A stretch of DNA of 64,000 bases from the NCBI GenBank assembly GCA_052169645.1, contig JBQNCA010000004.1:25801-89800 (forward strand), written 5' to 3'. The notes under the pieces are model-generated. The model did not search any database. It was given only the letters and a program-made list of their open reading frames with translations, and had not been told where the DNA came from. Made by a program: the position numbers and the translations under genes. Positions within the stretch are counted from its first letter, which is position 1, and every line of letters begins with the position of its first letter. Source of the DNA: Anaerovoracaceae bacterium. GTDB taxonomy: Bacteria > Bacillota > Clostridia > Peptostreptococcales > Anaerovoracaceae. This document shows positions 9,072 through 18,771 of the stretch, piece by piece.

Positions 9072-10247
9072 ATGAATCAAAAAAATAATAACGAAAATGA
9101 GAGAAAAATATTTCTTACAGCTTCAGACAACGAATCTGTTTCCGAAGAGAATATTAGAAATGACAAACAGTTCATGACGGAATATAATTCCGACAAACGC
9201 AGCGGCTTTATATATTTTTCTGTTGTAGTCATCCTGCTTGTCTCTGCTTTTATAATATCATTTCGTGAGGGACGCTACGATATTTCTACAGGAGATGTTA
9301 TCGGCTCGATCACAAGCGGAATAAAGCACGGAATCTGGTGGATATTATCACATATCGGCATATCCGTAAACGAACCGGCATGGATGTCGAGATCCGAAGA
9401 TACGGTAATTTGGCTGGTTCGTATGCCTCGAATTTTTGCGGCAATTCTCGTCGGAAGCGCACTTGCCGTTTCGGGAGCTACATATCAGGGCTTATTCAGA
9501 AATCCCATGGTTTCCCCCGATATTCTCGGAGCCTCGGCAGGAGCGAGCTTAGGCGCCTGCATTATGATGCTTTTTGATAAAGGTCCGGTTATGATACAAG
9601 CTGCGGCTTTTATCATGGGAACCTTTGCTGTGGCATTGTCATATTTCCTCAGCAAAGCAATAGGACGGGGAACAAATATGGTGCTGCTGCTCGTGCTTTG
9701 CGGAATGACGGTCAACACACTGTTTCAAGCATTTGTTTCAATCACAAAATATCTTGCAGATACTGAAGATCAGCTCCCTGCAATGACATACTGGCTTATG
9801 GGAAGCCTCGCAAAGGTAAGCTACAACGATCTTGCATTTTTTCTGATACCTTTCGCATTGGGAGTCATTCCTATATTTGTGCTCAGGTGGAGACTTAACC
9901 TTTTATCCTTCGGTGAAGATGAAGCCAAAGCAATGGGCATAAATGTCTCAACAATCAGAATGATCTGCATTATATGCGCAACACTTCTTACTGCGGCTGT
10001 TGTCTCAATAGCAGGTACTGTAGGCTGGGTAGGTCTTATGATTCCGCATCTTGTAAGATTTATTTCAGGACCCGACAATAAGACACTTATACCCTTTTCA
10101 CTTCTTACAGGCAGTCTTTTTATGCTGATTGTGGATGATTTCTGTCGTGCACTTCTTGCATATGAAATCCCTCTCGGTGTCCTTACCTCACTCCTCGGAG
10201 CACCGTTCTTCATATATATATTATTTAAGACAAGGGGGAAGTCATAA
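9072..10247 (+). CDS. FecCD-family ABC permease (iron-chelate / cobalamin type importer)
   Basis: PRIFAAILVGSALAVSGATYQGLFRNPMVSPDILGASAGASLGA. About 9-10 TM segments, with an N-terminal ~50-aa hydrophilic extension. Confidence 0.9.
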   Translation: MNQKNNNENERKIFLTASDNESVSEENIRNDKQFMTEYNSDKRSGFIYFSVVVILLVSAFIISFREGRYDISTGDVIGSITSGIKHGIWWILSHIGISVNEPAWMSRSEDTVIWLVRMPRIFAAILVGSALAVSGATYQGLFRNPMVSPDILGASAGASLGACIMMLFDKGPVMIQAAAFIMGTFAVALSYFLSKAIGRGTNMVLLLVLCGMTVNTLFQAFVSITKYLADTEDQLPAMTYWLMGSLAKVSYNDLAFFLIPFALGVIPIFVLRWRLNLLSFGEDEAKAMGINVSTIRMICIICATLLTAAVVSIAGTVGWVGLMIPHLVRFISGPDNKTLIPFSLLTGSLFMLIVDDFCRALLAYEIPLGVLTSLLGAPFFIYILFKTRGKS

Positions 10248-11026
10248 TGGAATTATCGGTAAATAACGCATCCTGCGGATATAGAAATACAGCTGTACTG
10301 GAAAACGTTTCCCTTTCAATAAAGCAGGGTGAGATAGTTTGCATACTCGGTCCCAACGGTATCGGAAAGACCACCGTTTTCCGTTCGGTTCTCGGCTTTC
10401 TTAAGCTCATCAAAGGTGAAATAACGCTTGACGGTATATCCAAGTCCGAAATCAGTGCAAGAGAATTTTCAAAATGCGTCGGCTATGTTCCTCAGGGACA
10501 TGAGCCTCCGTTTCCGTATTCGGTCAAGGATGTTGTCGTAATGGGCAGGGCGGCACATCTGAAACGTTTCGAATCGCCCGGACTTAGTGATTATAAGATA
10601 GCCTATAATGTTATGGAAATGTTGAATATTTCATATCTGCGAAATAAGACATATACGCAAATATCAGGCGGTGAACGGCAGATGGTACTGATTACAAGGG
10701 CTCTCACTCAAGAGCCTAAGCTGCTTGTAATGGATGAACCTACAGCAAATCTGGACTTCGGCAATCAGGTACACGTACTCGAATGCATAAGCAATCTTTC
10801 TTCTTCGGGACTCGGCGTTCTCATGACAACACATAATCCCGACCATGCATTTCTCTGCTGTGACAGAGTAATACTTCTTACAAAAGATAGAGAAATACTG
10901 GAGGGAACGGTCGATGAAATAGTAACGGAAGAAAATCTGAAAAGGGCTTATGGCGTTGATGTTAAGATCAGTTCGACCCGAACTGATACAGGAAAGGTAA
11001 TAAGAAGCTGTATTCCGTTATTATAA
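10247..11026 (+). CDS. ABC transporter ATP-binding protein (FepC/FecE type)
   Basis: Walker A GPNGIGKT, signature ISGGERQ, Walker B LLVMDEP. The start overlaps the permease stop (TAATG). Confidence 0.9.
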   Translation: MELSVNNASCGYRNTAVLENVSLSIKQGEIVCILGPNGIGKTTVFRSVLGFLKLIKGEITLDGISKSEISAREFSKCVGYVPQGHEPPFPYSVKDVVVMGRAAHLKRFESPGLSDYKIAYNVMEMLNISYLRNKTYTQISGGERQMVLITRALTQEPKLLVMDEPTANLDFGNQVHVLECISNLSSSGLGVLMTTHNPDHAFLCCDRVILLTKDREILEGTVDEIVTEENLKRAYGVDVKISSTRTDTGKVIRSCIPLL

Positions 11027-11085
11027 TAGGAATAATTTTAAGCATCTTAATATATTTTTATTTTTTTACTACCGGGAGGAGTATT

Positions 11086-12186
11086 ATGAGAAAACACAAT
11101 CGTTTTATTGCAACAGTTTTAGCTTTTATAATGTGCACATTCCTGCTTACGGCATGCGGAAGCACCCCGAGTCAACAGTCGTCATCCGTCGATTCATCAG
11201 CGAATAAAAGCGGAACTCGTACCGTTACGGACATGTCCGGCGTTGAAGTCGAAATTCCTATGGAAGTTAACACCTATGTTGAGAGTTGGTTCGCACATAA
11301 TGAAGTAGACCTTATGCTTGATAAAGCGGAAGGTATGCTGATCACATGCGCCTCTCCTGAAAGATTCCAATGGATGTACGCTATATGCCCTAATTTCTAC
11401 AAGGCGGCTTCAACAGAATTTTCAACGGATATGAATCTTGAAGAAATCATCGCAGCCAAGCCTGATGTCGTATTCGGTTCAAACGATGATTATCGTGAAA
11501 TGTTCAATAATGCAGGCATTCCTTTCATCAATTGCATGTTTTCAACATATGATGAACTTAAGCAGTCTGTAAAGCTTACTGCAGAAGTATTCGGAGATGA
11601 TGCCGTTAAAATCGCAGATGACTACATAGCTTATCTTGATGAAAGAACTGCATGGGTTGCAGAACGCACAGCCTCAATTTCGGAAGATCAAAAACTCTCT
11701 GTAGCACACGGCAGTTCTGTATATGAACTTAATTTTGACGGTGCAAACACAATCATAGACGAATGGATTAAATTTTCAGGCGGCAAGAATGCTGCAGCAC
11801 AGGAGGTTGAGGGAAATCTCAAAAATATAAATATTGAGCAGGTAATGGCATGGAATCCGGATGTCCTTATTACCGGAAACCCTAAGTCCGAAGTTGATAA
11901 AATTATGTCCGATCCGGCTTGGTCAAAGCTTTCGGCTGTAAAGAACAAGAAAGTATATTCAAATCCGAAAGGTGCTTTTGCATGGGATCGCTACGGTGTG
12001 GATGCGGCTCTTCAGCCACAGTGGTGTGCACAGATCCTGTACCCGGATCTTTTTACTGATTTCAGTATTAAAGACGAAGTAAAGAAATTTTATTCAAAAT
12101 TCCTCGGATATGAGCTTTCCGACAAGGAAGCACAGATGATTCTTGATTGCGAAACTCCGAATCTTGATGATTACCCTAAAAACTGA
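11086..12186 (+). CDS. ABC transporter substrate-binding lipoprotein (periplasmic binding protein, class 8 type)
   Basis: Lipobox LLTACGS. Follows the FecCD/ATPase genes. PDVVFG...NPDVLITGN pattern. Confidence 0.85.
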   Translation: MRKHNRFIATVLAFIMCTFLLTACGSTPSQQSSSVDSSANKSGTRTVTDMSGVEVEIPMEVNTYVESWFAHNEVDLMLDKAEGMLITCASPERFQWMYAICPNFYKAASTEFSTDMNLEEIIAAKPDVVFGSNDDYREMFNNAGIPFINCMFSTYDELKQSVKLTAEVFGDDAVKIADDYIAYLDERTAWVAERTASISEDQKLSVAHGSSVYELNFDGANTIIDEWIKFSGGKNAAAQEVEGNLKNINIEQVMAWNPDVLITGNPKSEVDKIMSDPAWSKLSAVKNKKVYSNPKGAFAWDRYGVDAALQPQWCAQILYPDLFTDFSIKDEVKKFYSKFLGYELSDKEAQMILDCETPNLDDYPKN

Positions 12187-12214
12187 TATTAAGTAAAATT
12201 TAAAGCATTTAAAT

Positions 12215-12252
12215 CGCCCCCGGAAGTTAAACTTTTGGGGGCGTTCATTTTA
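12215..12252 (+). terminator. rho-independent terminator of the ABC operon
   Basis: CGCCCCCGG-loop-TTGGGGGCG followed by TTCATTTTATT. Confidence 0.7.
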
Positions 12253-12464
12253 TTGTCTTTTTTTATATTTTTCAGATGACTTTTCTTAGCAGGTTTTTAC
12301 AGAGCTTTTCTCTTTGTCACCTTTCTTTTTTGCCGCATACCTGTAGTTTGCAAAAAAACTCATCTACAAACAAGTTGAGCAAACCGGTCGGTTCATCTGC
12401 AAAGCCGACACAGCTATATACAATTTACACTGATTCATAAAGATAGTTGCATAGCAATTAATCA

Positions 12465-14477
12465 TTACTTATTCATTTTGCTTCTGAGTATGCTGATGAC
12501 CTTTGCCGCCTGAGCTCTGGTCGTATCAGCCTTAGGTCGGAAGTAATGCAGGACGGCGCCGTTATTGCCGGACTCGTTCATGCCGCTGAGTATGCCTGCT
12601 TCTACAGCCTTGTTCACAGCCTCCGCCGCCCAGTCGCTTATCGAGTTTCTATCCTTGAAAGTTATACCGTCTCTTATGGCGGTGAGCTGAACTCCGCTCG
12701 CTGCCGCAAGATTCTGTACTATCACAGCCATCTGCTCTCTTGTTATCTTGTCATCGGGATGAAAGCAGTTATCCTCCATACCTGAAACTATACCTTTATT
12801 AGCAGCCCAATTTATATAACTCTCATACCATGAACCCTTCTTTACATCATTAAAGCCCGCAGTCTGCACATCATCTATAACTCCGCCCGATGCCGCAAGT
12901 ACAATAAGCTTTACAAACTGTGCTCGGGTAACGGAATCATCGGGTTTGAAGCTTCCGTCACCCATACCCGATATTATGCCGGCATCTGAAAGCTCCGTAA
13001 TATACGGTTCCGCCCAACTGCCCTTAATGTCTGTATATTTATGAGATGCCGAAGGTTTTGTCACTGAAGTATTGCCGTTATCGTTGACGACTCCGCCGTT
13101 ATTTCCCTTATTCCCGTTATCGGAATTCGGTTTTTCCGTAATAACGCCGTTTGAAGAATTATTTCCTTTTGAATTATTGCCCTGATCAGGTGCGGAATGA
13201 TTGTTCTTCCCATAATAATTCTTATAGAAATTCACAATCTTAGAATCGGATACCATAAGCTTATGTCTGAAATGAATCTCACCTTTTACATTAGGCAAGG
13301 AACGATTCAGAGTCATCTGTCTCGCAAGTTCGGAGGTTCCGTACCAAGCGCTCGACACATCCGTAACTCCGGCGGATCTGTAATCCGCCATTCCTATATA
13401 TAAAGAAACATCCGTGCCTGCCACTATTCCGTTCCACCATTTTGTCAGAACCTTGTAGTCGGCTATACTATAGCCTATATTCCAATAAATCTGAGGAGCA
13501 ATATAATCCACCCATCCGTTTTTTATCCATGTTACGGAATCCGCATAAAGAGACGAATAATGCTCTTTTCCTTTTGTATCGCTGCCGAGAGGAGTCGATG
13601 ATTTGTTTGCCCATATTCCCGACGGACTTATTCCGAATGAAATATTCTTTCTTGCATTGTGCAGAGCAGTATTGAGCTGACTGACCAGCTGATTTACATT
13701 ATTTCTTCTCCAGTCGGCAATGCCGTAGCCGGAGCCGTACTTTGCAAAGCTTGCCGCATCGTTGAAATCGGTTCCCGGATAGAAATAATCATCCAGATGA
13801 ATACCGTCCACAGCATAGCTGTTTACTATTTCCACAGAAGAATCTATAATATACTGCCTTACAGCCGGTTCACCCGGATCAAAATAATAATCCTTGCCGT
13901 TCTTTATAACATATGGGGCAAGCACCCCTTTTGCAGGATTGTTCGCCGCAAGCGATACCCAATCAGTATCGCCTCCCCGAGTCACACGATAAGGATTTAT
14001 CCATGCGTGCAGCTCCATGCCTGCTGCATGAGATGCGTTCACCCAATATTCCAGAGGATCAAAGCCGTCTGAAGGAGCTTCTCCCTGTATGCCGGTCAAA
14101 TAACGGCTCCAAGGATAATAAGATGTAGGGTATATGGCATCCGCCGAAGGTCTGACCTGTAAAAATATTGCATTCATTCCCATAGCCTTTGCATCAGCGA
14201 TAATATTATCAGCCTCCGCCTTCAATGTGGTCGCTCCCGTAGTTGGAGAGGAAGGATAATCCAAATTCAAAACCGTCGAAACCCATACACCTCTCATACC
14301 GTCAACAGGGACTGAAGCTTTCTTCACCTCTGCTCCGTAAACGCTTATAAGAGATCCGGCTACTGTCCATACAAGCAATATAACCGCTATAATAAGTGCT
14401 ATAAAAACTACCGCCGCCTTCTTTCGCCTGCTGTTAGCACTGTAGCTTTTTTCATTCTTTCCAAATTGTCTGTTCAT
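12465..14477 (-). CDS. glycoside-hydrolase-like (GHL10/YngK-type TIM barrel) protein with three C-terminal SLH domains
   Basis: N-terminal TM/signal anchor. MRGVWVSTVLNLDYPS...GMNAIFLQVRP...HAWINPYRV barrel. N/G/S-rich linker. Then 3 SLH-like repeats (FKPDDSVTRAQFVKLIV, FHPDDKITREQMAVIV, FRPKADTTRAQAAKVI). Confidence 0.8.
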   Translation of the reverse strand: MNRQFGKNEKSYSANSRRKKAAVVFIALIIAVILLVWTVAGSLISVYGAEVKKASVPVDGMRGVWVSTVLNLDYPSSPTTGATTLKAEADNIIADAKAMGMNAIFLQVRPSADAIYPTSYYPWSRYLTGIQGEAPSDGFDPLEYWVNASHAAGMELHAWINPYRVTRGGDTDWVSLAANNPAKGVLAPYVIKNGKDYYFDPGEPAVRQYIIDSSVEIVNSYAVDGIHLDDYFYPGTDFNDAASFAKYGSGYGIADWRRNNVNQLVSQLNTALHNARKNISFGISPSGIWANKSSTPLGSDTKGKEHYSSLYADSVTWIKNGWVDYIAPQIYWNIGYSIADYKVLTKWWNGIVAGTDVSLYIGMADYRSAGVTDVSSAWYGTSELARQMTLNRSLPNVKGEIHFRHKLMVSDSKIVNFYKNYYGKNNHSAPDQGNNSKGNNSSNGVITEKPNSDNGNKGNNGGVVNDNGNTSVTKPSASHKYTDIKGSWAEPYITELSDAGIISGMGDGSFKPDDSVTRAQFVKLIVLAASGGVIDDVQTAGFNDVKKGSWYESYINWAANKGIVSGMEDNCFHPDDKITREQMAVIVQNLAAASGVQLTAIRDGITFKDRNSISDWAAEAVNKAVEAGILSGMNESGNNGAVLHYFRPKADTTRAQAAKVISILRSKMNK

Positions 14478-14490
14478 CTTACCACTCCCG

Positions 14491-15216
14491 TTAAAACTCT
14501 ATATACTTTGCATTTTTCAGCATTTCACGACCCTTTTTATCTATTCTGTCCACTACATCCTGACCGCATACCCGCCGCACAACCTCTATTGCCGAGCCGA
14601 GATTTGGAGGTCTCCATTCATTACCGTGACAATCGGAGCCGAGTATTTCCACAACTCCCGAATCCAGCATCGGTTTAAAGAACTGAACATTTGCAACTCC
14701 GTTTATATAAATGGCATTCATCTGTATAATCACCGGCATATCGTAATAATGCTCGATGTACTCCGGCTTTGTAAATGTATGCATATACCTGTCAATATGA
14801 GGAATTATCGGTGTAAACGGCGAATTAAGCGCTATATCATCTATGGTTTTCAGCACCTGCTCCGTCCAAGGCATGAAGGGCATCTCCGTCATCAGAAACT
14901 CGGTTCCCTGTATGACGAGTTCATCCAAATAATCCCATTTATTCATATTTTTCATATATTCTATCTCTGATGCCAATATCATCTTGGGAATATGCCGCCG
15001 CTCCGCCTCCGTGAGAGCGTCAAAAACCCTTTCCAGATTTTCCGTTCTCTGCTTGAGCCACGGCTTTATCCTGTGCTCCCCGAGTCTGAAATGAGAGGTC
15101 AACACAACGGTATCGATACCCTGTGCATAGCTCATCTTGAGCATTTGAACCGACTCCTCGACACTGCGTGAGCCGTCATCTATTTCAGGAATTATATGCG
15201 TATGAAAATCGATCAT
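14491..15216 (-). CDS. PHP-family protein-tyrosine phosphatase (CpsB/YwqE type)
   Basis: MIDFHTHIIPEIDDGS...LTSHF...GSDCHG motifs. Confidence 0.8.
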   Translation of the reverse strand: MIDFHTHIIPEIDDGSRSVEESVQMLKMSYAQGIDTVVLTSHFRLGEHRIKPWLKQRTENLERVFDALTEAERRHIPKMILASEIEYMKNMNKWDYLDELVIQGTEFLMTEMPFMPWTEQVLKTIDDIALNSPFTPIIPHIDRYMHTFTKPEYIEHYYDMPVIIQMNAIYINGVANVQFFKPMLDSGVVEILGSDCHGNEWRPPNLGSAIEVVRRVCGQDVVDRIDKKGREMLKNAKYIEF

Positions 15217-15292
15217 ACCCTCACCCTTTATTTTGAAACTATTACCGGCAGCATACCTCGGAAATTCATAATGTCGTACGCCGCTCGAAAAT

Positions 15293-17308
15293 TTATTTTG
15301 AAAGTATTATCAGCAGCATACCCCTGTCAACTGATATATATGCTTCGTCCCGTGAAAATTCATTGCTTACTCCACGTGGAAATTCTCTTAAAAGAAATTC
15401 ATTATCAAGCTCATATTTCAAGCCTTTAAGAGTAACCCCGCAGACCTTTTCATCAAGCGCAAACACCGAAATTCGGCTGTAATCTCTTCGCAAAACATTT
15501 GCTGCGCCGTCCTTGATAACGAACAATTCCTGAAACGCATCGGAAATGCGGCAGTTCACATTTCGCTCCGCACAGTAGGAGCAAAGCTGAATATTCGCAT
15601 ATTCATGATCCGTGCGTCCTCCCATAGCTCCGAGGATAGTTATATCGGTATAGCCACGTGCTATCGCTTCTTTTACAGCCATGAGAGTATCAGTATCGTC
15701 TTTTTCGGGCAAAGCCTTTATAATTTCAGGCCTGCCGTAAATTTCCCCTCCGTAGGAATCAAAATCTCCTACCACCAGCTGCGGCCAAACTCCTGCACCT
15801 ATGGCGTGCAGATAGCCGCTGTCACAGGCAATCACAAAAGCGGCTCTTATATCCAAGCCGGACGGAAGACTGCATTCGGGAGAGCCTGAAAATATAATAC
15901 AGCTCGTACCCGATTTTCTTGCGTGTGCAATACGATATTCTTCAGATATCCGACTGTCTTTTTCCCTGTATTTTTCAGTCAACGCCTTACATTCATCTAT
16001 AAGCTCGGCTCTGTCATTCGTCAGCTGTCCGCATATTACTCTATCCAAAAGCATTGCAAGAGTTTCTCCTATGCGCCTGCCGTTATCTATACCCGCCGCT
16101 CTCACATCATCTCCGTCTATTGCCAGATCCTTCAGAGAAATGCAGTCTCCGTCGGCTTCTATGGAATCCATAAGCTGCGTAATTACAGGATTGTCCTTTT
16201 CTATTTCCTTTAAGGACTGCTCATATTTTCCGGATGCATCCGCATGACGAATAAGCTGCAAAAGCTCCAAGTCCTTTCTCCCGAGAACACCCAGCCATTT
16301 CCTCACAACGGCTCGTTCCGGGTAAAGCTTGACATCATGGTAATTTATCAATGTTGTTATATGCTTAATCGTTTCCGAAGGCAGCTTGAGGCGCCTCAAA
16401 ATATTTTCCGCAATTTTGGCACCCACCTCGGGATGCCCTACAAATCTGCCTCGTCCGTTCTCATCTCTCACATAAACCACAGGCTTTCCTATGTCATGCA
16501 GAAGCATTATCAGACGCAGGTAATCTGTCGGCGGCACATCCTCGACAGCTGCCAGTGTGTGTTTCCAGACATCTCTGTTATGATAAGGACTGTGCTGCTC
16601 CAAGTCTATCATCGGAGTAAGCTCAGGTATTATATTGCAAAAGATTTCTCTATATTCATCAAGAAGCTCGGCTGCTCTTTTCCCGTTCAGAAATTTTAAA
16701 AGCTCCGCAGATATACGCTCCGCCGAAACCTTTTCTATTCTCCTGTATTCACTGCGCAAGGCTCTGTCAAGCTCCGCATCGGCTATAAAATCATACACGG
16801 ACATAAACCTCAAGGCTCTCAATATCCGAAGCGCATCTTCCTCAAATCTTCTGAACGCATTGCCTACCGCTCTCAGCGTGCCTGTTTTTAAGTCCTCAAT
16901 TCCTCCGTAAAAATCTATGAGCCCGGCAGATTTTGAATAAGCCATAGCATTTACTGTAAAATCTCTGCGTGCCAAATCCTCTCGCAGACTTTTTACAAAT
17001 TCTACTCTGTCAGGATGCCTGAAATCGGAGTATCCGCTCTCCGTCCTGAAGGTCGTGATTTCAAATGATTTTTCGTTGTAAATCACAGTCAGCGTACCGT
17101 GCCTCGCTCCCGTGAGAACGGTTTTTAAATCAATAAAAACCTCCTGCATTTCCTCAGGTACGGCGGAGGTGCAAATATCCCAGTCGTAAGGCTCCGCCCC
17201 CAAAAGGCTGTCTCTTATACATCCGCCTACGGCATATGCTTCAAATCCGGCAGATTCAAGCATTTCAATCAAATGCTCGGGCTCTGCGGGAATATGTATA
17301 TCTGTCAT
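15293..17308 (-). CDS. cca: fusion protein: CCA-adding tRNA nucleotidyltransferase (with HD domain) + thiamine pyrophosphokinase
   Basis: N-terminal part has AVGGCIRDSLLG...RHGTLTV...RRDFTVNA and HDIGKP. The C-terminal 205 aa (nt 15296-15910) has GDFDS, EKDDTDT, GAMGGRTDH, LKGLKYEL and SNEF, the TPK/ThiN signature set. One continuous frame. Start taken as MTDIH (17308). Confidence 0.8.
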   Translation of the reverse strand: MTDIHIPAEPEHLIEMLESAGFEAYAVGGCIRDSLLGAEPYDWDICTSAVPEEMQEVFIDLKTVLTGARHGTLTVIYNEKSFEITTFRTESGYSDFRHPDRVEFVKSLREDLARRDFTVNAMAYSKSAGLIDFYGGIEDLKTGTLRAVGNAFRRFEEDALRILRALRFMSVYDFIADAELDRALRSEYRRIEKVSAERISAELLKFLNGKRAAELLDEYREIFCNIIPELTPMIDLEQHSPYHNRDVWKHTLAAVEDVPPTDYLRLIMLLHDIGKPVVYVRDENGRGRFVGHPEVGAKIAENILRRLKLPSETIKHITTLINYHDVKLYPERAVVRKWLGVLGRKDLELLQLIRHADASGKYEQSLKEIEKDNPVITQLMDSIEADGDCISLKDLAIDGDDVRAAGIDNGRRIGETLAMLLDRVICGQLTNDRAELIDECKALTEKYREKDSRISEEYRIAHARKSGTSCIIFSGSPECSLPSGLDIRAAFVIACDSGYLHAIGAGVWPQLVVGDFDSYGGEIYGRPEIIKALPEKDDTDTLMAVKEAIARGYTDITILGAMGGRTDHEYANIQLCSYCAERNVNCRISDAFQELFVIKDGAANVLRRDYSRISVFALDEKVCGVTLKGLKYELDNEFLLREFPRGVSNEFSRDEAYISVDRGMLLIILSK

Positions 17309-17478
17309 ACTTTCAGTATCCTTTCTGAAATGCTTGCTCTTTCGGCACGGGTAAGTACCTGCACCTCTTGTCATCAGAAAATGATGTTGTATCAAATTCC
17401 AATTTAGACTTTCGGCACGGGTAAGCATCTGCATCTCTTGTCATACTCTCTCAGTATAATTTCTGAAATGCTCTGCAA
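17309..17478 (-). repeat. imperfect direct repeats in the MTase-cca intergenic leader
   Basis: 36-nt unit CTTTCGGCACGGGTAAGnnnCTGCAnCTCTTGTCAT at 17339-17374 and 17409-17444 (70-nt period). A copy of the cca initiation region (CATTTCAGAAAnnATACTGAnAGTATGACA) is at 17303-17337 and 17439-17476. Confidence 0.8.
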
Positions 17479-18771
17479 TCAAATTCTGCATACAGCTGTG
17501 CCGCCGAATATATCGAATACGAGCACGGCATCGCCGTGAGGCGCATCCGCACTTTTCCCTTCAGTTACGGTCACTTCCGGATGAAAGCAGTTATCATCAT
17601 CAAAATATCCTACGCACCAGAAATCCACAAAAGCTACAGACTCTTTACTCAGCAGCTCCTCAGCACGCTTTTTTTCCTTTATCCTTACGGGCAAGCTGTT
17701 TACATCCGTCCTATAATCCTTAAGATATACGCAGTCTCCGATACGCTCCGCTTCAATGCTCAAAGCTTTTCCCGCCTGCGGATTCACATAATTCGAGTCA
17801 CGACGGAAAACAAAATTCGCACCGCTTTTAAGCAAGCGTTTTACAGTGTTTTCTACAGCAAGAGATCCTGTATCCACACACACAAACCTGCGTTTCAATA
17901 AAAAAGACGCCTCTGCCAAAGTTCCCGAGCCGCTGAAAAAATCCGCACATAAATCGCCCTCATCGCTGCAGGCTTCTATGATGCGCTTTACCAGTGCAAC
18001 AGGCTTCTGAGTAGCATAGTGCAGTCTCTCGCCCGAGCTTCTCCCCAGCATATCTATCTGCCATACGTCTTTTGTATTTACAAGAGTATACCAGCCCAGT
18101 TCATCCCTAAATTCCTCAACACCGCTGAATGAATACTTTTTCAGCTTACGGTTGTAGGATTTTTCTTTTGTAGGATTAAATTTATATTTTTTTGTCCTTG
18201 AATAAAAAAGTATGGTGTCATGCTTATGAGCAAATCTTTTGTCGGTTGATCCTCCGGATTTATAATTCCAGATTATTTCATTTACAAAATTTTCATCTCC
18301 GAATATTTCATCCATCAGCAGTTTGGTAGCATGAACCGCATGTCTGTCGAGATGTATGAAGATGCTCCCCGTATCCGACAGTACATCCCTCATAAGCATA
18401 ATCCTGAATGCCAGCTCGGTCAAATAGTCGCTCATGGCTACAGCGCTGTAATCATCATATGCTCCCACACGAAATCTGTATTCTTCTCCGTCCTCGGATA
18501 CAATCTTTATAGAGGCATCAAAGCCCCCTCTCGTAAAAAAAGGAGGATCACAATATATCAAGTCAAAACAAGCTGCCGAGCTTCCGTTCGCTATATGAGC
18601 CGCCAAAAATGCCGCATTGTCGCATTGTATGACAGTTCCGGATATTTCTGAGGCTTCGCCGACAGTCATCACACAGGGCGCTTTCAAGTTTTCGGCAGCA
18701 GCTTTCAAAGCGTATTCATATCGCCGCTTTGCTTCTGCCAATATCTCCGGCAGCATTCCAATCAGACTCAT
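17479..18771 (-). CDS. site-specific DNA methyltransferase, N6-adenine/N4-cytosine beta class (orphan)
   Basis: Motif IV LIYCDPPF lies near the N-terminus and motif I DFFSGSGT lies about 200 aa later, which is the beta-class order. The ~110-aa C-terminal extension is uncharacterised. ATG at 18771 lies 6 nt after GGGAGA (an alternative ATG is at 18777). Confidence 0.85.
   Translation of the reverse strand: MSLIGMLPEILAEAKRRYEYALKAAAENLKAPCVMTVGEASEISGTVIQCDNAAFLAAHIANGSSAACFDLIYCDPPFFTRGGFDASIKIVSEDGEEYRFRVGAYDDYSAVAMSDYLTELAFRIMLMRDVLSDTGSIFIHLDRHAVHATKLLMDEIFGDENFVNEIIWNYKSGGSTDKRFAHKHDTILFYSRTKKYKFNPTKEKSYNRKLKKYSFSGVEEFRDELGWYTLVNTKDVWQIDMLGRSSGERLHYATQKPVALVKRIIEACSDEGDLCADFFSGSGTLAEASFLLKRRFVCVDTGSLAVENTVKRLLKSGANFVFRRDSNYVNPQAGKALSIEAERIGDCVYLKDYRTDVNSLPVRIKEKKRAEELLSKESVAFVDFWCVGYFDDDNCFHPEVTVTEGKSADAPHGDAVLVFDIFGGTAVCRI

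Noticed and set aside
17309-17434. 42-codon N-terminal extension of the cca ORF (MQMLTRAESL...).
   Set aside because: It is made of the duplicated leader repeats. The canonical CCA-enzyme N-terminus begins at MTDIHIPAEPEHLIEMLESAGFEAYAVGGCIRD.
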